This document shows, piece by piece, positions 28,419-36,754 of a stretch of DNA of 64,000 bases (within the stretch, counting starts at the first letter, position 1; each line of letters starts with the position of its first letter). Location of the stretch: the NCBI GenBank assembly GCA_034670305.1, contig JAXMNT010000040.1, positions 1 through 64,000 of the forward strand. The letters are read 5' to 3'. The position numbers were made by a program, and so were the translations under genes. This stretch comes from Deltaproteobacteria bacterium. Lineage in GTDB: Bacteria; Myxococcota_A; Polyangia; Polyangiales; Houyiibacteriaceae. Under the pieces are notes generated by a model that ran no database searches, was not told the DNA's origin, and saw only the letters and a program-made list of their open reading frames with translations.

Positions 28419-29162
28419 TCATGACCAGAGCGCCGCCAGCGCGTGCTTCCAAACCGAGCCGCTCTTCTGGCGCGGCGCGTTGAGCACCTTGGTGTCTTTC
28501 GGAAGCGCCTCGACCCGGAGCTCGGCGTTGTGGGCATCCTTGCGGACGAGCCGGACCGTTTCGGTCACCAGACACTCCGAGGAGGCATCCCACGCGAGCG
28601 TCAGCCGCGGGAGTGGCAACCGGATGCTTTTGGCCTCCAGCGTCTCAGCGCCTTGGTTCTCCAGCATCACCTCGGTGACCGCGCGCGTGGCCGGGACCGA
28701 GAGTTCGGCACGCTGGCGGGTCCCGCTCGTGCGCGACGCGTAGCAGAGCTCCCCGACCACGGGGGATGGACCGAACCAAGTCTCGGGCGGGTCCCAGATG
28801 GAACGTTCTCCGAGCGCGACGCTTCCCGCGAGCAGCAGGACGTTCAGCGGGGTCGTCACGAAGATCGAGACCCGCTGACCAGGCGGCAGGTAGACGGGAA
28901 TCAGCGGCCTCACGACGACCGACCTCTCGGCGAGGCGTGGTTGAAACGCGAAGGTCTCGACGACCTCCGACATGACGAAACGCCGGACCTCGAGGTCGGG
29001 GGGCTCCGGGGCCTCGTCGAACTCGAGTCGGTCGGACGCGACATCGCGATCGCGACGGGAGCTCACGATGACTTCGCCTGCTTCGCGTCGGATCCACAGG
29101 CCGAGCTCGCCGAGCTGGGCGTGAAGGCATTCGGGGCCGAGCGGACGGGGGTCCCACCACAT
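28419..29162 (-). CDS. DUF432-like protein
   Basis: RSVVVRP, TWFGPSP..GELCYASRT motif; lies directly upstream of mscS. Confidence 0.65.
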   Translation of the reverse strand: MWWDPRPLGPECLHAQLGELGLWIRREAGEVIVSSRRDRDVASDRLEFDEAPEPPDLEVRRFVMSEVVETFAFQPRLAERSVVVRPLIPVYLPPGQRVSIFVTTPLNVLLLAGSVALGERSIWDPPETWFGPSPVVGELCYASRTSGTRQRAELSVPATRAVTEVMLENQGAETLEAKSIRLPLPRLTLAWDASSECLVTETVRLVRKDAHNAELRVEALPKDTKVLNAPRQKSGSVWKHALAALWS

Positions 29163-29259
29163 GGTCGCCAGCGTCGCAGAATCGCCGCATGGACCCCAGA
29201 ATTCGGCGTCTTTCTTCCCCCCGCGCCTGGCATCGCGGGGCGGCAAGCCCGCGATGCCG

Positions 29260-30360
29260 TTACAGCCAGCGTTTGCGGCGGAAGTAGAACAGCATGCCGA
29301 CCGCCAGGCTCAGCATGAGGGCGATCAGGATGGGGTATCCCCACGGCGACGAGAGCTCGGGCATGTTGTAGGGCGACGCCTGGGTGTCGAAGTTCATGCC
29401 GTAGAGCCCCGCGATGAAGCTGAGCGGGATGAAGATCGTCGCGATCATGGTCAGCACCTTCATGACCTCGTTCGATCGGAACCCAAGCGTGCTCAGATGC
29501 GCCTCGCGGAGCGCGCGGGCGAGTTCGCGTTGGCCCTCGAGCAGGTCGACCATCTGGGTCAAGTGGTCCTGGCAGTCGCGCAGGTAGAGCCGCACGTCGC
29601 CATCCAACAATGGGTGCTGGTCGCGGACCAGTCGCACGATCGCTTCGCGGAGTGGGAGGATGGCCCGACGAACCGCGACGAGCGCGCGGTCCACCGAATG
29701 GATCTCTTCCATCAGCGTGGTGTCGTGCGAACGAAATGCCTGCGCGTCGAACGCTTCGAGCCGGTCGTCGTAGGCCTCGAGCAGTGGGAACATCGCGTCG
29801 ACGGCGGCGTCCAGCAGCGCGTAGGCAAGGTAGCCCGCGCCTTGCTTTCGAATGCGCCCAGTACCCGCGCGGATGCGTTCGCGCACCGGATCGAAGCAGT
29901 CGCCGGCCCGCTCCTGAAAGGTGATGACGAAGTCTTCGCCGAGGAACATGGCGACCTGTTCGATGTCGAGCTTGCCGTCGACCTCGCGGGCGATCCGGGT
30001 GACGATGAAGAGGGCGTCGGTGTAGCTCTCGACCTTGGCGCGCTGACCCGGTTGCAAGGTGTCCTCGAGCGCGAGCGGATGCAGCTTGAACGCATCGCCC
30101 ACTTGTTTGATGAGCTCCAGCGATCCGAGACCGACCACGTCGATCCAGGTGACGGCACGGCGGGGCGCAGTGAGCGATTCGGACTCGGAGAGGTGCTCGG
30201 CGTCGTAGGTGATGATCCGGAGCTCGGACGCGGCGGCGCCGACCGGTGGCGTGAGGGTGCCAGGCGGTTTGGCTCGGTTGCGCCGCGTGGTGGTGTTTCG
30301 AAACGACGATCGATGGTGTCGCACGGGCTTGTGGGACGGTTTGGGTTTCGAGGGGGCCAC
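29260..30360 (-). CDS. corA: Magnesium/cobalt transporter CorA
   Basis: PPGTL, HPLALED, QR.KVE.Y, NEVMKVLT, YGMNF, MPEL, two C-terminal TMs. Confidence 0.95.
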   Translation of the reverse strand: MAPSKPKPSHKPVRHHRSSFRNTTTRRNRAKPPGTLTPPVGAAASELRIITYDAEHLSESESLTAPRRAVTWIDVVGLGSLELIKQVGDAFKLHPLALEDTLQPGQRAKVESYTDALFIVTRIAREVDGKLDIEQVAMFLGEDFVITFQERAGDCFDPVRERIRAGTGRIRKQGAGYLAYALLDAAVDAMFPLLEAYDDRLEAFDAQAFRSHDTTLMEEIHSVDRALVAVRRAILPLREAIVRLVRDQHPLLDGDVRLYLRDCQDHLTQMVDLLEGQRELARALREAHLSTLGFRSNEVMKVLTMIATIFIPLSFIAGLYGMNFDTQASPYNMPELSSPWGYPILIALMLSLAVGMLFYFRRKRWL

Positions 30361-30417
30361 GGGTTCTCTCCTGAGGGCCGCATCCTATCAGCGGGCGGGC
30401 GAGGTAGACTGCGCGTC

Positions 30418-31443
30418 GTGCTGTACCTCCTCGTGGGCAACCCCACCGCACAGTCCGGCCGCGCCGCCGACCACCTCGACCGCACCGCCGCCTCGGTGCG
30501 CGCGCGTGGCAGTCGGGTGCGGCTTCTGGCGACCGAGCCCGCGGGACGAACGGTCGGCCTCGTGACCTCGGCCATCGAAGAACTGCGGCCCGATGTGGTG
30601 CTGACCTTCGGGGGGGACGGCACCTTCAACGAGGTGGCGCGGGGGATTCTCGCTGCGCCCGGCGATCCGGTCCCGCTCGGCATGTTGCCGATGGGAACGG
30701 CCAACAACCAGGGGCGTTCGTTTGGCCTCGGCGCGGGACCGAAAGCGATCGAGAAGAACCTCGACGTGGTGTTCGGGGGACACGTGACCCAGCTCGACGT
30801 CGGGTACCTCTCCCTGCTCGACGTGGACGGGCGCGTCACGCACGAGAGCGCGTTCTTCGACTCGGTGGGTTGGGGCATGCAGGCCGACATCCTCGCGCAA
30901 CGCAACCGCGACCGCGCGGCGGTGAAGGAGATCCCGCTCTTGCGCGACGTCTGGCGCGACCAGGCCGTGTATGCCGGCGCCACGATCACGAAGTTGCTGG
31001 AGAGTTACGTGCAGCCGACGAAGTTCGACGCGCGCATCGTGAGTGAAGGCGAAACGCACCTCTACACGGGCATGACCGACATCGTCATCAGCAACACCGC
31101 GCTCTACGCCGGCGAGTGGATCGTCGACCGGAACTCGGAGCCGGACGATGGCCGCTTCGAACTCGCGCCGTTCCAAGGCCGCCGCGATTGGCTCTCGAAG
31201 ACGATTCGCGATCTGACGGTGCTCGACATCAAACAAGAGGACCTCGACGTGCTCGGCATCACCCACTCCGTCGGGTACACCGCCAAGGACTTCGACGTCG
31301 AACTCACCCGGTTCGGCAACGAAACGGTGGCGGCGCAGCTCGATGGCGAAGAGTGGAGACCAGGGCGCCACTATCGGGTGCGGTGCGAACCGCAGGCGCT
31401 GCCGCTGCTCACGCCGCGCCGTTTCGTCCCGCCCTGGCGGTGA
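30418..31443 (+). CDS. Diacylglycerol/lipid kinase family protein
   Basis: NPTA, GGDGTFNEV, PMGTAN, DDGRFE, QLDGE. Confidence 0.9.
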   Translation: MLYLLVGNPTAQSGRAADHLDRTAASVRARGSRVRLLATEPAGRTVGLVTSAIEELRPDVVLTFGGDGTFNEVARGILAAPGDPVPLGMLPMGTANNQGRSFGLGAGPKAIEKNLDVVFGGHVTQLDVGYLSLLDVDGRVTHESAFFDSVGWGMQADILAQRNRDRAAVKEIPLLRDVWRDQAVYAGATITKLLESYVQPTKFDARIVSEGETHLYTGMTDIVISNTALYAGEWIVDRNSEPDDGRFELAPFQGRRDWLSKTIRDLTVLDIKQEDLDVLGITHSVGYTAKDFDVELTRFGNETVAAQLDGEEWRPGRHYRVRCEPQALPLLTPRRFVPPWR

Positions 31444-31484
31444 CGAACTTCGCTGAGGGTTCGGCGGTGTGCCAGAGTACCGGC

Positions 31485-32357
31485 ATGCGCTCGTTGTTCT
31501 TGTTCGTGTCCGTGTTCGCTCTGCTGGCCTGTGAAACGGACGACCCCGCGCCGCCGCCTCCCACCGACACGAGCGGCGTGGACGGTGGAGCGCGCGACGC
31601 GGGCATGCTGGACGCCGCAAGGCAGGACTCCGGCGCAATGGACGCAGACATCGACAGCTCGGTCGACGCTGGCCCAGGCGAAGACACGGCGACCGATGCG
31701 GGCGCCCAAGACAGCGCCACGCCCGACGCTGGACCCATGGTGCCCAGAATCGATGGTCTGATCGGCGAAGACGAATGGGCCGGTGCGGTACGGGTCGCCG
31801 ACGTCACCCTCTCCAGCACCGGCACGCCCTTCGAAGGCAACGCGTTGCGGGCGCTGCTGGTGTTGCGCACCGAAGAACGGCTCTACCTCGCGGTCGACGC
31901 CGATCTCACCGATGGCAACGCCTTGCTCGTGTACATCGACGGAGACGTGGGGGGCGGTGAAGGCGTCGTGAACACCAGCGAGCTCGGCGACCTCGTCGGC
32001 GCGCTCGACGCCGCGTTCTCCACCAAGACCGTGCTCTTGCCGTCCGAGTTCCGGCTCGACCAGGTGTGGGGGACCCTCGACATGGGCCGCGCGCTCACCG
32101 CCGACGATGACCGGATGGGCTGGCGCGACGTCTCCACCAACCCGAGCCTCTTCCGAGCCTTCACGCCCGACGTCAGCGCGTCGGTGTGCAGCGCGGCGGC
32201 GTGTGAGGCGTCGGTGCGGCTCGACGAGCTCGGCACCCTCGGCACGATCGGGGTGTTCGTCCGGCTTGGTTCGGCCACCACCGCCAACCTCTCCAACCAG
32301 ACGCTCCCGATGGACGCGGACCCCGAGTTCGTCACGATCTTCCTCGAAGCGCCCTGA
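31485..32357 (+). CDS. Lipoprotein with DOMON/CBM9-like domain
   Basis: LLA-C lipobox, DAG linker, PRIDG..GEDEW, ERLYLAV, LLVYID. Confidence 0.7.
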   Translation: MRSLFLFVSVFALLACETDDPAPPPPTDTSGVDGGARDAGMLDAARQDSGAMDADIDSSVDAGPGEDTATDAGAQDSATPDAGPMVPRIDGLIGEDEWAGAVRVADVTLSSTGTPFEGNALRALLVLRTEERLYLAVDADLTDGNALLVYIDGDVGGGEGVVNTSELGDLVGALDAAFSTKTVLLPSEFRLDQVWGTLDMGRALTADDDRMGWRDVSTNPSLFRAFTPDVSASVCSAAACEASVRLDELGTLGTIGVFVRLGSATTANLSNQTLPMDADPEFVTIFLEAP

Positions 32358-32422
32358 CCCTGCCTTCTGGCGGTGTCCAGGCGCACACGGGGCGGTCCGG
32401 AGTTTGCAGGGGACCGGGCATC

Positions 32423-34045
32423 ATGATCAGCGAAGTCCCTGTCGAACACAGCCGCCAAGTGGTGGGATCGTTCGATACCCTCGTGCGCAGTGCGCGATTC
32501 GCGCCTGCTCAGTCGCTGATGCTGGCGGACCGGGCGTGCACCCACTGGAGGCTCGACCCCGCACTCTTGCTCGAGTTCTCGAGCGACGGACTCTCGGTTC
32601 GGGACGAACTGATTCTGGTCCCCGACGACGCGCACCGGTCGTGGATGCTTCCCGTCGTGATGGCCGGTCTGCGATCGATCCGGATGCGGCCGGAAGCCAG
32701 CCCCGACGACTTCATCCAGCTGGCCCTCGAACTCTCCGCGGTGCAGGTCGACGAGGACTCCATTCGTTCTTTTCACGACTGGGTGTGGGCGGATGGCGCG
32801 GAAGGGTTCGACATCGTGCTCACGCGTGGGTTCGTGGAAACGAGTGACTCGTTGCGCTTCGGAGACGAGGCCGAAACGAGCGCCATCGGCGTCGTGCGCG
32901 GGCTGGCTTCGATCGCGACCGAAGGCGGCATCGAGGTGCTGTCCAAAGACCTCGACGTCGCGGTCTTGCGGCCCGAGATGGAGGTCGATGTGGACGCGTT
33001 CGATCTGGGCGCGCGACATGGCGCGTTCGACGCGAGCCAAGCCGAGATCGAAGCGCTTCGGGAGCACGTGGAAGACGCCGCGGCCTGGTCCATGACCGAG
33101 ATGGAAGCCCTGCTCGACAGCCCTTCGTTGCGAGAAGGGTTGCCGCCCAAAGTGTTCGCGCGGCGTCTGTCCGCGCGGCTCGTGCCGCCGGTGAGGGTGG
33201 AGTTCTTGCGGATGCTCCGAACCGTCGTTTCCTCCGACGACGACTACCTAGAACGCGCGAGCGCCCACCTGGACGAGCTCGACGTGGGCCAGCGCCTCGG
33301 GCAGGCCCTGACCCTGAGCGAAGAGGCGCTGGCGGTCACATCGGACTTGATCGAGGTGCTCCCGCCGCAGAGCGCAGCACGTCTGACCGGGGCACTCTTC
33401 GAGCGGGCCGGCAAAGAAGAACCCGCGGCGCGCATGCTCACGACGTGGATCGATCTTCAGGGTATGCCGAAGGTCAGCACGGCCACGTTCTCCGCCCCGG
33501 CGGCCGTCGGATTGGTGGAGGTCCTGCAGCGGTCGAGTCGCGAGGGCGCGGCACGCATCGCGCTCCACACGCTCTCCGACGGGTCGTTCGTCAAGGCGCT
33601 TCGCAAGGACCCCACGCTCATCATCACGAGCAGCCTCGAACGGCTCCGGGAACTCCTGGAGTCCGGTTCCGAAAAGGCGATTGGCCGCGCCGTCATGCAG
33701 CTCGACCAGAGCAACGCCTGGAGCCTCGACGTGCTCACGATGACCATCGAGGTGTTTGCCCAGCGGGCGGAGGGTTGGCCGGCTTCCGCGGTGCGTCTGG
33801 TCGCGCGCGCGGCACGCCGGCACAAGGTCGATGCACGCGCGTGGGTGCCGCTCGCGCGGGCAACGAACGTGGACGACGACGTGCGGCTCGCGATCCTCCA
33901 GGAACTCGGGCAGGTCCCCGAGTTCCGCGACGCGGTGCTGAAGTTCCGGTGGTCTAAGATCCTGGACTCGGGCGCCGTTTCGGTCGCGATTCGTGAGATG
34001 AAGGCCGAGTTGACGGCATCTGCCACCGATCCCGAAGAGGAGTGA
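32423..34045 (+). CDS. Helical (HEAT-like) protein of the type paired with HD-GYP-like proteins
   Basis: N-terminal L.L....L.V.....GLRSI.M domain, long alpha-helical remainder. Confidence 0.65.
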   Translation: MISEVPVEHSRQVVGSFDTLVRSARFAPAQSLMLADRACTHWRLDPALLLEFSSDGLSVRDELILVPDDAHRSWMLPVVMAGLRSIRMRPEASPDDFIQLALELSAVQVDEDSIRSFHDWVWADGAEGFDIVLTRGFVETSDSLRFGDEAETSAIGVVRGLASIATEGGIEVLSKDLDVAVLRPEMEVDVDAFDLGARHGAFDASQAEIEALREHVEDAAAWSMTEMEALLDSPSLREGLPPKVFARRLSARLVPPVRVEFLRMLRTVVSSDDDYLERASAHLDELDVGQRLGQALTLSEEALAVTSDLIEVLPPQSAARLTGALFERAGKEEPAARMLTTWIDLQGMPKVSTATFSAPAAVGLVEVLQRSSREGAARIALHTLSDGSFVKALRKDPTLIITSSLERLRELLESGSEKAIGRAVMQLDQSNAWSLDVLTMTIEVFAQRAEGWPASAVRLVARAARRHKVDARAWVPLARATNVDDDVRLAILQELGQVPEFRDAVLKFRWSKILDSGAVSVAIREMKAELTASATDPEEE

Positions 34046-34149
34046 TGGGGACCTGCCCACGGGTGGGGGGGACCACCGACACCCAGGTCTGAGATCGGCC
34101 GCGATCCCAAGCTTCACGCCTGGGATGGTTCTTGCAGAAGTCGACGGGC

Positions 34150-35409
34150 ATGACGCTCTCCATCCGCCCGCGGTCGCGGCCGCCCGGCCAATCCACGGTC
34201 CGTCCGCGTGCAACCGTCGGGACGGACAACCTGGTCGGCGACCTGGTGGACGCGCTCTTCGTCCTACATCGCACCACCCAGCTGCACGGCCCGACGCACC
34301 CGTCGGTGTCCCGCGCCGCGGGCCGCGCGCGTGAAGCGCAGGCCAAGACCGGACCGCTCACACTGCAGGTCGTCGAGGGCATGCTCTTCCGAGACGGTCG
34401 CCTCGTCCCGCTCGTCTCCGAGGACCACGAACGACTGCACGTACTCCAAGATGCCATGGACCTGCGAGGGGTCGGAGAACTCGTCTTCGGCGCACCGACG
34501 CTCCAGTCGTTCGTCGCACTCGCCGCGGCGCTCTGCGACCCCTCCATCGAGTTCTCCGAGAAGGAGATCACCCTCTCGGAACTCGACGTCGAACGCGGCG
34601 ACGAGAGCGAAGAGGTCGCACCCGAAGTCTTCGTCGCCACCCAGTTCGCGCTCGCCATCTCGGATGCGGAGACGCTCCGACGGGGCGACGGGTGGGACGA
34701 GCGGCACGCGCTCGCGGTGGTGCGCCGCATCGAACGCGCGTGGGAACGGAGCGGCGCGTTGGCCGGCGCCATCCTCGAGCGTGCGCCGGGGGAGTGGAAC
34801 GTCGCCCGTCGCGCGGTCGCCGCCGTCAGCCACGCCACCGCGGTGCTGACCCGGCTCGAAACTTCGCGGAGCATCCGCCGGGTGGTCTGCCACGCCGTGC
34901 TGATCACCTCGATTCGAGGGTTTCGCAAACGCTCCGGTTTGCCGTTCGAGGAAGCCATCGGTCGCGCCCGCACCGAAGTCGAGGCGCTGCCGACTCGGAA
35001 AGCCTCGCTCGACCCACACCGCCAACGACTCGTGACCTTGCTCCACGCCGCCGCGTCCAAGGAACCCTCGCTGGGCATCGTGTCGCTGCTGCAGCTCGCG
35101 TACGGCATCGAACGCGAGCGTTGCCCGGACGGCGAAGACGGCGCGCTCGAAATCACCGATCTGTTCGCCTACGCCGCCGCCAACATGGGTCGCCTGTTCG
35201 ATGTGCGGTGGGTGCGCGCGTTCATCAGCCTCTATGGCCTGATGCCGGCCGGGACCCGCGTGCGTCTCGAAGACGGTCGGATCGGGGTGGCGCTCGGACC
35301 TGGTCGGCGCGCGGACCGGCCCATGGTGCTCGTCGAAGGGCTCGTGCAAGAAGCCACCGGCCCGGTCACCCGACTCACGTCGGAACCGGCGAACCGCAAG
35401 GTGGGCTGA
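34150..35409 (+). CDS. Degenerate HD-GYP-like protein
   Basis: LHGPTHP N-terminal motif; C-terminus FD...V.AFI..YG.MPAGT.V.L.DG.IGV typical of HD-GYP tails; no HD dyad or GYP seen. Confidence 0.65.
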   Translation: MTLSIRPRSRPPGQSTVRPRATVGTDNLVGDLVDALFVLHRTTQLHGPTHPSVSRAAGRAREAQAKTGPLTLQVVEGMLFRDGRLVPLVSEDHERLHVLQDAMDLRGVGELVFGAPTLQSFVALAAALCDPSIEFSEKEITLSELDVERGDESEEVAPEVFVATQFALAISDAETLRRGDGWDERHALAVVRRIERAWERSGALAGAILERAPGEWNVARRAVAAVSHATAVLTRLETSRSIRRVVCHAVLITSIRGFRKRSGLPFEEAIGRARTEVEALPTRKASLDPHRQRLVTLLHAAASKEPSLGIVSLLQLAYGIERERCPDGEDGALEITDLFAYAAANMGRLFDVRWVRAFISLYGLMPAGTRVRLEDGRIGVALGPGRRADRPMVLVEGLVQEATGPVTRLTSEPANRKVG

Positions 35410-35415
35410 ACGTTC

Positions 35416-36672
35416 ATGGAGTTGCCGGACCTCGTGCTCGGTCGCTACCGGGTGGAAGGCCTGCTCGGTGAGGGCGGCATGGGCTTGGTCTTCCGCGGAC
35501 GCCACGCCGAAGTCGATCTCCCGGTGGCGATCAAGGTGATCCTCGGCGAAGCGAGCGCGTCGCTGCGGGCGCGTTTTGTCCGCGAGGCCCAGCTGATGGC
35601 CAAGGTGCGACATCCCAACGTCGTCGCGTTTCACGACTTCGGGATCCTGCCCACCGGCGAACCCTGCATCGTGATGGCGCTCGTCGAAGGAGAACCGCTC
35701 GACGAGTACATCGATCGCAAGCGCGCCCTCGCCTGGCCGGAGGTGGTGGAGATCGCGAGCGACATTCTCGAAGGCCTCGCCGCCGTGCACGCACTCGGCA
35801 TCGTGCACCGGGATCTCAAAGACGCGAACGTCATGCTCTCCACCCCACCGGGATCCCAGCGCCGACTCGCCCAGCTGCTCGACTTCGGCATCGCGCGGCC
35901 GGACGCGTCGTTCGAGAAGCTGACCAAGACCGGCAGTCTGCTCGGCACGCCGCACTTCATGGCGCCCGAACAAGTCACGCACTTGCATGCGATCGACCAC
36001 CGCGTCGATCTCTTCGCGCTTGGGGTGATGATGTTCGAGATGCTCAGCGGGCTGCCACCCTGGGAGGTCGACTCGCACGCCGCGCTCTTCCGGCGGGTGC
36101 AGCAGGAACCGCCGCTTGTGAAAGCGGCCGCCCATCTCGAACCGCTGCCCCCCCGCCTGGTCGAGACCGTGGCCCGGTTGCTGAAGATCGATCCCTCGGA
36201 TCGGCCGGCCGACGCCCGCGCGACCCTCCAACTTCTGACCGACACAGCGGCGGCTCCGATGGCGCCGCGCACCTCCCAGAAGCAGACGGCACGAGGCGGT
36301 GCCGCGCGGATCGCCGACACGATCGCCGTCGCAGAGGACGCCCCGCAACCGTGGCTGCTCGCCGCGCGCGTGCCTGCACGGAAGTTGCGGCAGAAGAGCC
36401 TGCGACAACAGCTCGCCGCGCTGCTCCCGATCGGCGGCCGGGGCTACACGTTGGGGGCGGAGCTGTGGTTCGCGACGTTGCCCGAAGACCTCGACGCCAG
36501 CCAGCGGGTGCGGGTCGACGCGCTGCGACAGGCGCTCACAGCGCTGCTGGGCGAGGTCCCGATCGAAGACGTGGGCGCCGGTCCCGACTTCCGACTGCCG
36601 GCCAGCGCACTTGCTGGGGCGACCCCGTTGCCGGCGACCCTGCAGCGGCTCGTCACCCGACTGCTCGCTTAG
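35416..36672 (+). CDS. Hanks-type Ser/Thr protein kinase (cytoplasmic)
   Basis: GEGGMG, VAIK, HRDLK..N, DFG, GTPHFMAPE, DLFALG; no TM. Confidence 0.95.
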   Translation: MELPDLVLGRYRVEGLLGEGGMGLVFRGRHAEVDLPVAIKVILGEASASLRARFVREAQLMAKVRHPNVVAFHDFGILPTGEPCIVMALVEGEPLDEYIDRKRALAWPEVVEIASDILEGLAAVHALGIVHRDLKDANVMLSTPPGSQRRLAQLLDFGIARPDASFEKLTKTGSLLGTPHFMAPEQVTHLHAIDHRVDLFALGVMMFEMLSGLPPWEVDSHAALFRRVQQEPPLVKAAAHLEPLPPRLVETVARLLKIDPSDRPADARATLQLLTDTAAAPMAPRTSQKQTARGGAARIADTIAVAEDAPQPWLLAARVPARKLRQKSLRQQLAALLPIGGRGYTLGAELWFATLPEDLDASQRVRVDALRQALTALLGEVPIEDVGAGPDFRLPASALAGATPLPATLQRLVTRLLA

Positions 36673-36694
36673 CCGCCGCGCTTCCGGTCCGCCT

Positions 36695-36754
36695 GGACGG
36701 TCCATCGGGATTGTGCATCGGGACGGTCCATCGGGACGGTCCATCGGGGCGGTC
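36695..36754. repeat. 13-bp tandem repeat (GGACGGTCCATCG) x~4.5 between convergent genes
   Basis: Direct inspection; the second unit is degenerate. Confidence 0.85.
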
